Assembly: GCA_965644295.1 (NCBI GenBank)
Contig: CBFFRP010000039.1
Coordinates: 1-64,000, forward strand
Reading direction: 5' to 3'
DNA from: Paraphysomonas bandaiensis
Taxonomy: Eukaryota; Protista; Chrysophyceae
Length of the DNA: 64,000 nt
Part shown: one piece after another, positions 12,198-25,600 of the stretch
How positions within the stretch are numbered: the first letter of the stretch is position 1
How the letters are laid out: each line of letters begins with the position of its first letter
The notes under the pieces: generated by a model
What the model was told of the DNA's origin: nothing
What the model saw: the letters and a program-made list of their open reading frames with translations, nothing else
The model's database searches: none
Program-made: the position numbers and the translations under genes

Positions 12198-14123
12198 TAC
12201 TGTACCAGGAGTGCGTATGTATGAGCGATGCATGGATGAACTGGAACATCGCCCAACATTACCTACATTCATCAAGTTGCATTAAAATCATCAAACTGCA
12301 TCAACTCGCCTCACATATGTACTTGAGTTATGATTTTCAGTGCAGGTAAAAGCCGCATCATGCTTATGATTCTTATGCAATAGCATTGCAGAAGTAGAAA
12401 CCTGAGAACCTCAAATGTCTTGAAGTAAAGAACACGTAGAGTGCATTTCTCCAATGACATTGAGGCACTATGGCCACTGTGTGGGTGGAGAAATAGAAGT
12501 TGGTTTAAGCTGAACTCTATTTTATGACTACAAGCTAATATATTCACTGTGGTGTTGGTCAGCTTTCCTGGAAAAGTGTGCTGTAAAGCTTATCGTTCCC
12601 TGCGACTACTATAAAACTCTTGTTTTCGCAATCACCAATGAAAAGGCGGGATAGAAGGAGATATCTGGATGCATTAGTTACTCGAATAATATCATTGAGA
12701 TGTATACATACAATGTAGAAGCATCGAACGACAACACACCACTATGGTATCCTCCATTTCGTATAATAACTAGCTCCTCGCAAATGTATCCATCCATTCA
12801 TAAAACATTGTAACTATAAGACTATGTAAGCGCTATTACAGTTACCTAATGATAAAATGCTATCTGAATTGCTGAAGTTTCAGATAGTAGAAACAGCTAC
12901 ATTGAGAACAGTAGAAACAACGATGGATGTGAAGAGAGTTTGGTAGTACCGAAGATATGTCCTCGTTTTGCTGCATATATAGAAGGTCCCTCCAACTACG
13001 CCATGCTGGAGGACGCCATTGAGGATATTGTATTCCAGGTTGACGGTACCCAGAGCTATATTTCCAGCAGCATTGACCGCGACGTTATGGCCTCGAATTT
13101 TGACCTTCTGGGCCGAACTAGATACGGCATAAACTTTGACGTTATATATGCATGCACTGACATGGCCAATACTGAGAGGGAGGCCAATGGTGGCACTCAC
13201 ATTCCAGGTGGTTAGAAGTGCCCCCGTTACCGAAAGAAGCCCATTTGTTCCAACTTTGTGGTTCCCGGAAGGCTTCTCTAGGAGCTGGCTCCTCACTGAA
13301 GCGCAAGGAGGTTTATGAAGGTGTGAAAAAAAGCCGGGGATGACGCCCATGCGGTATTATGAGGAGTCGGAAGTGGGGAGTCCAGACTACTGCCTTTTTC
13401 ACCACTAATAACACGTTTTTCGTACTCATTATAAATTTTTCCTATACTCGTTTTAATTTATTTTTTAATATTTGAGCACTAGTTCTACCATAACTACTAC
13501 TTCTCAGACTTTCATAACAATTTTGGTGAGAGGTATCCAACTACAACAACTGCAATAGCAGCGAAGCATCTAATTACTGGTGTTGCAATTAATAGGAAAT
13601 TATTGCTAGTTTATTGGCTTACATACTATTTCTGGGTTATAATAAAGATTTCATGCCACTTACTACTTACTTGTACTAGATGGCTTTGTAAAATATAGCT
13701 AGAATTGATCTTCTGGTCCGTAAAATCAGAAGTGTACAGTGTACCTCTAGCCAATGACGTAACAATTTCTCTCGCTTCTGATTCAAACAACCCAAACATA
13801 ATTTAATTTAGTTTACTACAAGTAAGGATGAGACGATATATATAGGGATAGGATGTAATCTAACTTTTTCAGGAAGGTATGCATAGATGACTAATCTACC
13901 TCCACTAGATTGATGGCGATAGCAGCTGCACCAACGTTATGTCGTTATATTATGAGTACAGGCACTTGCAATTTCCTAGTCCAAATTAGAATTCACTATT
14001 GTTTCACATTTGTGTCTCGTCAGATCACTTCTCAAGTCACTTAAATGGATCGTACAACGTTAACAGTCAAGAATGTCATAAGAAATAATAAAAGTCATTA
14101 TTTATATAAATACATTCATTCAT

Positions 14124-14467
14124 TCATTCATTAAAAGCCGCTCCCCAATGTGGCTTTGCTTTATATTCCCACACGTCATTGACTATTTTGGGGGGCTTTG
14201 ACACCGCCATAGATTCAAGAATTTCCTGAAATGTTACAGTTAGAATAATCACGATACATGAGCCGAGCGTACCGCTTTCTTATCGGGGTCATTCACCAGT
14301 TTCGCTGACAAACATAGCTTCCAATCGTCGAATAGGCTTTGGCAATCCTGCATTTTACCATATCGACGAATCTGATTCAGCTGACTCCTAAAACTAATAC
14401 AGAACGAGTGCATATCGTACACACGAGTGCAGGTGAGATACTTCTTCCCGTTGACTTCTTGTGTCAT
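14124..14467 (-). CDS. Small Cys-motif protein, DUF3128/Emi1-like (2 exons)
   Basis: C-x9-C...QLNQIRRYGKMQDC-x9-C pattern; intron after DKKA, exon 2 EILESM...VWEYKAKPHWGAAFNE*. Confidence 0.7.
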
Positions 14468-15909
14468 TGTGGCCTCACAATGCAGCTAATGATGAACACA
14501 ACTGAATTGGCAATAGTGTATAGAGGAGGGAGAGGTCCTCAGTAATAATGACGCCCTAACATCAGCTCAGCTCAGCTCAGCGTGTGTACGACAAGAGTGC
14601 CTGTATTTCCACCCATACACACAGCTCCATATACAGAGTATATGTACCGGTATACGATATACGGCAGTACATCGCTCTGTACAGGATACCAAAAAACATA
14701 TACAGTATGTGGACAAAAAACATCAGATTTTGGCAATGGTCTGGAGAAAAGGTGGGGTTTCCCAGAGTTTTCAGAGAGGTCTGTACTGTTGCATACTCTG
14801 CTGTAGGTACAGACATACTCTGCTGTATGTACCTGTGGGTCGTTCCGGGAACTGGTGAGGAACACTGTGAGGAGGAATCTTGGAACGAGGATACGATCTC
14901 TGGACTAACGAAATCAACACCTCATCGTAACATAATTGAGAATCAACTCTAAAGCATAATATCAGAGACACTGACAGCCACAACACTCTCAGGAATGCAT
15001 TACATCACTATCATCGGACTTGCTCTTGCATGTTGCAGATATCTTCAGAGGAAGCATGACTAGATGAATCCATTAAAAGTGAAGCCTCTACTAAGACATT
15101 GCTGTCCTATTTCTCTGGATGGCCGAACCGTATCCATCATAGATGATAAGCTCTTCCTGAGAAGTTTCAGAATCATGATGATGGTGTTGCTGAATCATTT
15201 GTCAGTAACTGGAATTCGAATACACGCTTTTCAAGTGTATATTTTACTATGTGATGACCATAGTTCTAAATTTGAGCTGGTTCATAAATTTGTGAGCACT
15301 GTTATCAAGTCGGCCACTGTGTTTTTCAGTCAGATGTTATGAGATGTTTTGTCAGCTTGTATGGGCGAATCCTATTTAAGATATTTCATGTATTAGTTTT
15401 TATATATGAGACTTTTGAAAGGAATTTACGAATATGTAATGACAATTTGCTTGATTTTTAATGTTTTTTCGTATTGGTGTAACTACCTGGTTAATTCAAG
15501 GAGATGAAAACCCTCATCACTATGCAGTTAAATTGAAATATTATTCACTGTCACCACTACCAATCAATATTATCAGATCTCCGACAGACACAATCTTCTA
15601 CACGTACAGTCTATCTAACCATATTCATATCTTTTATCTAAGTTTCTATACTACGGTCTTTAACTACTGTATTTTTTAGTCAACGGTTATATAATAAGCA
15701 AAACTCATATTCCCTCACAATTTGAAGCTGTAGATATATTCTTGATACCATGAGACATAACTCAGGAATACAAAACTTCTAGTCGTATGACTCCGGCATT
15801 TCAGCTAGCTTCTCCATAGTCAACTCTCTTATGATCTTCTCTTCATAGTCAATTCATCGTTTGAATGAATTTTCTCGAATTCTTTAGAACTTTATAGTGA
15901 TTCTCACCT

Positions 15910-16290
15910 AAGCATATCTTTGATGCTTCTCATATGTAGCGCCATACAATGATGTTGTAAAGTTGTCCGCAGTCTGATCATTGGTTCTAACATAATACAG
16001 TGCCGGACCATTCGGATCTGTTCTCTCACCCAATGAAATGTAATTTTTGATATGCTTCATAAGTTTAAGAGTTTAGGATAAGTGCTTGATCAACCGCACT
16101 TTGACTTTCCAGGAAGAATGGAGTCCTAGCTCGGATAATGCCTTAAATCATAATTGTTCCTGCACTAGCATGCATCGCTTGGTATTCGTATCGAATACTG
16201 TACCCTGTAAATCACGATAACAGTATTAATTCTGTAATGCGCAAACAGACTTGCGGGTTTGCTTGCTCCCAATACACAACAATTATAGCG
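15910..16290 (-). mobile_element. Degenerate Ty1/copia RNase H remnant
   Basis: Frameshifted fragments EYQAM, LSELG, MKHI, FHWVREQI, LYYVRTNDQTADNFTTSL match the copia RNase H consensus (EAEY..., KHIDxxxHFVRE, YVxTxDQxADxFTKxL). Confidence 0.75.
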
Positions 16291-16690
16291 TAAGATATTA
16301 TGATTATTATCGCTCAACACTATCCATGTGATGCTTCAAATAAAAGGGTGTATATTTCTAATTAGTTTGCCAACATTTCGGTAGCAGTATGCTATCCACC
16401 TGTCAAAATATTCTTGTGACTCAATATAGCAGCTTAAAAATTGAGGTGACACAAGTGAGGTACAATGGAAAACATATTGAAATAATTTCGATTGTTGCTA
16501 CAATTGACGGATTTGTTATATCACTTGAAGAGGGCTACGAATCTACAAAACTATCACCTGTACAGCGTACATATATATCTGGTTTCCGTGCTGCAGTAGA
16601 AAAGTTACGACACTGCGCATTGCTTCCGTACGACCACTTCCGCATTACTATCTTTCATATTATCCCATTCTCCCGTTGACTCCCCATTAT

Positions 16691-19600
16691 TCATCCCCAC
16701 CCAACACTGGCAGCACCCCATGAGTTCAAAGATTGGTTAGAAACAGTTCTACTTGTTGAACTTTTCTCCACATTATCCAATGAGCTTCCTCTAACATCGC
16801 TCTTACCTTTGCTGGTTTGTCCAAGGGGCGAAAAACGCGACTGCTTTCGCTCGTGAAACTTCTCACTGGTGCGTACAGAACCCGGAACTGTTGAATAAGG
16901 ACTAACAATTGACCCATCATGCGATCCACTTCCACCCCATCCGCTACTAGCAGCACCCCATGTGGCTGATTTCGATGAACCACGAGTATCACTCTCGACA
17001 TTTCTGTCTCGTGAGTTCACATGAAAATGGGGTTCTGTCGACCCTTCCGTATCATCCTTCCTCCTCGTTGAGTACGACCGCTCACCAGATGAACTCCTAT
17101 CATGACTGGGAGAATCACGTCTGCGTCTCTTCTCATATCGACTACTATCCATTACTGATGAAGCAACAGTCGACGCCCTGCTGCCATACCCACCCTGTGA
17201 CCCACTTCCACCCCATCCGCTACTAGCAGCACCCCATGTGGCTGATTTCGATGAACCACGAGTATCACTCTCGACATTTCTGTCTCGTGAGTTCACATGA
17301 AAATGGGGTTCTGTCGACCCTTCCGTATCATCCTTCCTCCTCGTTGAGTACGACCGCTCACCAGATGAACTCCTATCATGACTGGGAGAATCACGTCTGC
17401 GTCTCTTCTCATATCGACTACTATCCATTACTGATGAAGCAACAGTCGACGCCCTGCTGCCATACCCACCCTGTGACCCACTTCCACCCCATCCGCTACT
17501 AGCAGCACCCCATGTGGCTGATTTCGATGAACCACGAGTATCACTCTCGACATTTCTGTCTCGTGAGTTCACATGAAAATAGGGTTCTGTCGACCCTTCC
17601 GTATCATCCTTCCTCCTCGTTGAGTACGACCGCTCACCAGATGAACTCCTATCATGACTGGGAGAATCACGTCTTCGTCTCTTCTCATATCGACTACTAT
17701 CCATTACTGATGAAGCAACAGTCGACGCCCTGCTGCCATACCCACCCTGTGACCCACTTCCACCCCATCCGCTACTAGCAGCACCCCATGTGGCTGATTT
17801 CGATGAACCACGAGTATCACTCTCGACATTTCTGTCTCGTGAGTTCACTTGAAAATAGGGTTCTGTCGACCCTTCCGTATCATCCTTCCTCCTCGTTGAG
17901 TACGACCGCTCACCAGATGAACTCCTATCATGACTGGGAGAATCACGTCTGCGTCTCTTCTCATATCGACTACTATCCATTACTGATGAAGCAACAGTCG
18001 ACGCCCTGCTGCCATACCCACCCTGTGACCCACTTCCACCCCATCCGCTACTAGCAGCACCCCATGTGGCTGATTTCGATGAACCACGAGTATCACTCTC
18101 GACATTTCTGTCTCGTGAGTTCACATGAAAATGGGGTTCTGTCGACCCTTCCGTATCATCCTTCCTCCTCGTTGAGTACGACCGCTCACCAGATGAACTC
18201 CTATCATGACTGGGAGAATCACGTCTGCGTCTCTTCTCATATCGACTACTATCCATTACTGATGAAGCAACAGTCGACGCCCTGCTGCCATACCCACCCT
18301 GTGACCCACTTCCACCCCATCCGCTACTAGCAGCACCCCATGTGGCTGATTTCGATGAACCACGAGTATCACTCTCGACATTTCTGTCTCGTGAGTTCAC
18401 ATGAAAATGGGGTTCTGTCGACCCTTCCGTATCATCCTTCCTCCTCGTTGAGTACGACCGCTCACCAGATGAACTCCTATCATGACTGGGAGAATCAAGT
18501 ATTCGGTCTATATTCTGCGTACTTCGAGAGGATCCCCTTTCACTGCTAACAGATACTAAGTGTGTTGTACTTTTCCCGGCGGTATTATGGTCTGTGACCC
18601 TCTTGTCGACAGAATCAGCTCCCCATCCCTTGCTATGTCCCCCCCACCCCGACTGTGTGCTAGGTGTGGATTGCTTTGTCGCATAAGTTTTGCCTTTATC
18701 AAGAAAGCGAGTGTCAACACTTCTGGGTAACGAAGTTCCGTTTCTGCTAGTATTCAGAGTCGAGTACGAGTTATGACCCCAGTTGGTACTGACATCTCCC
18801 CAACTTTTGCTTTCGGATTCTCGTGAAGTAGAAAGGGATGTCAGTTCATGTGGAGAAGTATTTTCAAACGTGGAATCGCCGCCATCCAGATCGTGAACTT
18901 TGCCTGATGCAAAGCGACGATTCACATTCATGTAGCGTTGCTCAGTACCACTTCCACCAATGGGGTCCATAGTGTTATCGATTCCGGTATGTCTATCACT
19001 AGGTTGTCTTGTTGTGGATAATGGGCCACTTCGTTCAATCGCAGCATGCCCACTCGACAAAGAGTCTCCAGTACTATGCTGTGGAATTCGGCCATCCACA
19101 CGTTGTGTCTTCGGAAAAATATCTTCTATAAGAGATCGGAAGAAAGGTAGATCTGGATGGCCCTCGTTTAGAAAATCAACCCATTCCCCTTGCGGTTTCT
19201 TTTGGTTGCGAGCGATTAGCTTTTTTATAAATGTGTCACAATCTTTATTGACAACCGCTCCGCTGGCAATCGCATCGCGCAATTTGAATGCCTTTCTACA
19301 GATTGCTGACAGGGGACCCTCTTCATTCTCTGCCATTTCAATGAATCCGAAGAGCCAGCGCCCATTTTCGCGTGTTCTGAACATAGCGTCATATACACTG
19401 ACTACTTCAGGTGGAAGAATACGAATTAGCTGGGGAGCCATGAGATACATCTGTGACAAGGTATCACATAATGGACAGATACATGTAAAACCCATACCAT
19501 ACGCTCGTCTTTGTTGCTGCTACCTATGGAAAACGGACATATCATGGGATTTTCTTCAGTCCTCGTATTCGCGCACAAAGAACTGAACAAAAGTTGAAAA

Positions 19601-22600
19601 AATTTCAAACATTAACTTAACCAGTGTGCACCTGTACAGCGATCCAGTCATGTCTGTACCGTAATCGGGTCGACAATTCCCGCGCTTCACACACACTCCA
19701 ATTGGCACCAATTTAATCCCATTAAGTGCTTTTTTCTCTTTGAGGTCTCTGTACACGTTCCGGGAGCATCGTATTTGTTTCTATATTTCGTTAATATGTA
19801 GTACATACTGATTACAACTTCCTACAAACCTGCATATAGCACATATCTGCAAGTACTCCCTCCGTGGTGAGATCTGGACTGAACGCATTGCAGTAAAGCC
19901 AATTCTTTGCATCACCGGTCTTATAATACAACGCAAATTCTCCTTTCTTATATTTAGTATATATCAGCTCCGACTTATCTGCAAGCAGAGTTAGTAAAGT
20001 TGCACAACTCAAATTGCAGTCAATACCAATTGGGACAGCGGGATACGGTTTCACAAGGTGTAGATGTGGAGCTCCTAAGGGGTTGGAAGGTTTGCCAAAT
20101 GAGGACAAGGCCTGGTTTATCGCTCGAGAGGTTGATTCTGATACATTTGATGCCGTATCTACAGGATCCCTCTGATGATAGCGTGAGGACAAAGCTGCAC
20201 AAAGTGATTGGACCTACCATCAATGTGGAGATGTTCTGAAGAGGACGAGGGGCTCTATCTAATGATTCCCCGATTGAACTCGAAACAGGTAGCTCTCCAA
20301 TGCTGGTAGGTTCCGGCGCAGAAACAGCTTGAGAAGGAAGTCTAGAGGCCTTTTCCGCTTGCTGTGGCTTCAACGCAGCACGAGGTGATCTGACGGGGGG
20401 TTCTATTAAATCAACATCAACAACAATGTCTGGTAATGGGGAAACGCTTCGAGGATTCAGCTTTTCTTGAAATTCGATGCGAGTAGCTGTCGAAGAGCTC
20501 TTTCCGTCACGCCAAGTCTCCCCACTCCCTGTACTAAATCAGACCAACTCGGAATACATACCACGGGGCCAATACAACTTACCTGCCTCCCGCCGTTTCG
20601 CTTCCAAGAGTGCCTGGGTGCTCTCACCAAGTGCAGCTCTCTCCCGTTCTGACTCTTGCGCCGTCTTTTCCCTCTCCTCGCGAACCTGCGAAATTCCAGT
20701 TTCAAAATAGATATTGGAAATAGATTCCGAATATACCGCAGGGCTGGCAAAAAAATCCGTGGGCTTCACAAGCAACTGGTCAAACTTTAGTTCACTGGCC
20801 AAAAGCATTAAAACCTACGTTCTCGCGTTGTCAGGGAGTTGTATGTCATCATGATATCATACCTTATCGTAGTTGTGCGGTTGCTTGAATATCTTCAAGT
20901 ACTTTCGACAAATCGTGATGTAGTTCGATGAAGTATGCTTCTGCGCATTAACATGAGCGTGAATCGTGGACTCCACATTATACGCTAATATGACGGCGCT
21001 TGCATTCGCACACGGAATTCCCAAGTGCATTAGCGCAGTCAAAAACCCCTCCTTAAAACAACACCGAATTCTGACTCGGGTATCTTTTTCAGTTTTCCCA
21101 TCATTCGTTAACACGCTTTTGTTAGGAATATTATCATCTTCAGGCATGAGCACCGATGCTGATACCCGTGGCAAGTTTCCAGCAACAGAATCTGAGTGGT
21201 TGGTTCGGTCTTCCGCTTTCCTCGAAAACATCAAATTATGCAGGTCCTCCCCCTGAAAACGCTCATCTGCCCATTCAGATCGATAGACACGAATATCCTT
21301 CGCTTTAATTCCACTCCCATTCCACTCAGAGGAATCACTAGAAACAGCTAACAGTTTCCTATTAAAACAACAGTCACGCCTCTGCATATAAACTTCTGGC
21401 ACGTAACATGAACATTCACATTTTCTAATATATACTACCACCAAATATCATAGACGAAGCATGAAACTACTAAAATCAAAAGTAGAGCACCTGACCGAAA
21501 CGCACCTGTATTCAAGTAAGCTATCCAACAGATTGCCTGTAGCTGAGGCCATACATTTCTCAGTGCAATAGTCTGAGTCTGGCGACCGCATATACTTGTC
21601 AACAATGCACACACCGCCTTCAACGAATTGTATGCGATACCTATCTTGTGATGTCGCAGATACAGATGTCGGTGACTTGTTCCCCTTCGAGGCTTGAGAC
21701 GGTTTCGTAGATTTACGGTCCAAAGATGATATTTTCGACACTTTCCTCGATGTGGCTGACTTCTCATTCAGCTTACTTTTACTGCTCCTAGTAGTATCAA
21801 CGCTATGATCACTGTGAAATAATACGCACAGTACATAAAAAGGTTAGATATTACCTCGACTTCTCATGCTTCGAAAGCTGCCGCTGCGTTGTCGTACCGG
21901 ATATCTTTTCAACACTATAACTGACAAGCTGTATCACACAAGAGCGAATAAAACATTGCAGTTATGCATACTTTTCGTTTATCACTTTACTATGTTCAGT
22001 GAGAGTTTCGTCGCCATTTTCCTCGCTGTCGCTTAAGAGATCAATACACTCTTCTGCGGATCCGTGGTAATTCCTGGAATTATCGATTTCCATTTCCTCG
22101 TCAGATTCATCTTCTCCTTTATTTAACCGTTCAAGCAGAGACTGTAGATCCTGCAAGAACGATGTATGTGGCAATAACTTGAGTGAGTCATACTCGCCGA
22201 TTAAATATTCCAAAACTGCAGTATCTCTGCATCTTCTCTTCTTGTCCAGGGCAGCACGAGCCCCTCCTATCCACTCATCTGTCTGGGAGAGGGCGTCAAA
22301 CAGATCAGTCGCACACGTAAAATAAGGACTCAGAGATTTGTTCATGACATATCGTTCAGAATCTCCCGCATCTGGGTCTTTGATAAACACTCCACGAGAT
22401 AGTAGCTGTGGAGCATACTTCGGGGATATATCACGAACAAGTGACCGCCCAGATGCCAGTTTTTGACGACACATATCGACACTAATTATAGAACCCCTAT
22501 CTTGATGACCTTGAACCATTTTTATTGCATTTTCAGGAAAAGCAATGATCCACTCAAGTACAGCAACCATCCATTCCAACACCGTAGTACACATAGCCAT

Positions 22601-25600
22601 CACAGGAAGCCCCTCCAAGCGCTCCTGCAATAATAATACCTCTACTTTGTGCAGCTCGAGGGCATATCGCCCAAAGTATTCCTGTTCAACGTCTTCTGCA
22701 TCACTACCCTTGCTCTCGGAAAATCCATTTGACTCCCACGGCAAAAAAAGTAGTTTCGTCATTTCTTGTTCACAATGAATAGCCGTAGAGTGAATGTCAA
22801 GAAAAGTATCGTATGACGGAGGCTGAATATACAAAGTGAGCATATACAGTCAAGAAAGAACTCGTATGCTATGATACAGTAGTGTTGTAAATATTTCGTT
22901 ATTGTATGCGCTTACGTGTAATATCACTGCAATTGGCTCTGACATCAGATTTTCATAGTCTTCAAGAGAATATTTCTTGTGAGTTTTCTTCAGCTGGGTG
23001 CGAGTACTAATCTTTGGCAAAACAGCCTTCGCATTACTTATCCACTCTTTCGCTGCCAAGAAGATTCGGTCGACCTCAGCGGCCCAATCGTTCCATATCA
23101 TGCCCGTGTTCACTACAGAGATGACAACATTAGCACAATATTACCAAAATATAATACTTGAGCCAAACAATCCAATATACATTACACTTCCACCATATAC
23201 CCACACCAGAATTAAAAGAGTACACATCCCACTCACATATGAAGTTGCTTTGATGTAATGCAGTTCTTATGTCCTGAAATCTTTCCCAGGGAAGTAAGTT
23301 TGGCTCACATTCATTCGGCCTGCACAATAGTGCCATAAAAGCAGGAGCATTACCAGCAATGTCATCTAGAATTTTCATCGTTTTCAACATTGCAGTTAAC
23401 TTTTCGTCAACCTGGGGAAGTGCGAATATGACGTTAGCAATACTGACCGTACTCAGGTTAATATCCGTTGAACTACCACGAGGTACCACTCGCCCACTTG
23501 AGTCTCCAATCTTATCACGTATAGCGAGCGCCTTAGAGAAGAGAGGAGATACCTCTTCATGCAGTGCGACCGTAACTTCCAAAAGAATTTCAGTCCTGGA
23601 CATACTTTCACTTTCAGCCATATATCTACTATTCATCTCTTGAATTCGAGATTCTATCGAACAAAACAAAGCTGTAATATCACCAAGAAGAGTAGACGTT
23701 GCATCGATCGCTGACGTTAGATGCATGAATATTCGACTTGAATAAGGTTGGATGTTCTCCATGTACTGTGAATCAGGAGACCACGCTGCTCTCATATCCT
23801 CAGCATCAGAAAGAGGAGCACGATATAAAAGTAGCAAAAGCGTGCGGGTTGCTAACAAATACGCTCTACATTGGGCCTACAAACCAAAATACACGAATCA
23901 ATCAAGAACATGACACCAAAAATCTAAATGTCAGTACTACATACTATAATTATACATATATACATTCACATTTGACAGTCGTGTGTACATGATGCTTGTA
24001 CCGTGCAATGCTCCGTATCATTTATAGTTGACTTCGAGAACATGAAATCCCTATCCCCTAGATCGCTCGCTGCTTTAGGCAACACAAACTGCTCAAGACT
24101 GACACAACTCGTTTCGAGCTCGTCACACAAATCAGAAACACTCTTGAGGTCTATAGTCGTCATAGTTGATCCCATATCCTCATTAACTCCACTGGAAACG
24201 TAGTGGCTAATAAACTCGACAATACGAGGCAACAAAGTGTTAAGTGTGCCTTGATGCATCCACACATCATAAGCCCTGCATTACACATATAAATACAGAG
24301 GTGAATAAGGAATTGAATTGCACACCTTACTAGAGAATCTGACAGACGTTTCGTAAATGGCAGATGTCTCATACATTTCACAGTCGCAGAAAGTGTACGC
24401 GGACACTCAAGAACTCGTGACGCTACATCGACAAGAGATTCCTCGGAGTATGGCCCAGCGCTCAATCTCATTTCAACTAGTGAAGCCTTTCGTTGAAGCT
24501 CAGCAGCCTCCAATAGCAAACTATCATCATTGGCCAATGCCTGGGTGGATGAATGGTGAACTTATGCAATAATAACACACATTTTGAACATGACACTTCA
24601 ACCCCATAACTTTACGATTTGACAGAGGATCACGTTTTTATGCACACTACAAGTCCGACAATCTCGCTACAACCGTACCTGATATTCTCGAACGGAGAGT
24701 ACTGCAGCATTCATATCTTCTGCAGTACAGGCATTCCCATCACGACACTTGTGTACCATGTCCCGCAAAGCTGTCCGCAATGAATCTCGCTCTTGACATT
24801 TAGTCTTCAATTTTGCTAAACTATACATAAGCACATTAGTATTTACTTCTTAAAGTTTATTCAATGACTATATATATGAAATACATCAACGCAACCGTCA
24901 GTGATACTCAAGATTACCTCTCTGTTAGGAACGTAGAAATCGCTTGTGTAGCTGGAAAGGTTCTAGAAATCTGAAACGAATACATAACACACCGCAATAA
25001 GTATGACTTGATACGAGACGAACCGGGTCAGAAAGAATTATACTGTGTTTCTGTGTGATGGCATCCACATCTATGGAATCTAGGTTCACCCCTAACTCTT
25101 GCATCTCTTCCACAAGACCACATGAGCGCTGCAATAATATGAACCATCACAGGAACAGTGTACACGGTACGCGTATAAACACACCTCCAGGTACAATAAA
25201 CCTCTTTCTTCTCTGGTAACTAAGCCTAGTTCATGAAGTGTGTGTATAGTTCGTGATATACTGTTCTTCCAAGCAAGCACAAAGCTGTCGCACATATTGA
25301 CATTAGAAAGTGCTAAACAATAAACGTCTAAATCGCAATTTCAACCTAAACGCTACAACAGAGCGCGCGTAGGAAACAATACAAATAAAATACAGAGAAG
25401 TTCGCGCGGGTCCTACTTGCCTGGCATCGTCCGTTAATAGGAGTTTTTTTACGTCATCAGCCTCCCTACTGCAGTTGGCAAGTTCATACATATCTGATAT
25501 CTTTCTTCTGATATCATTGCACTCGTCACTGTAGATATCATTATTGAATACCCTTCCAAGAAATATTTCTGCATCTTCAAAAAGAATGCGATTCATTGAG

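Noticed and set aside
16960-18549. Six repeated 88-aa plus-strand ORFs; possible CRISPR-like or peptide array
   Set aside because: Antisense shadows of the 276-bp coding repeat; there are no unique spacers.
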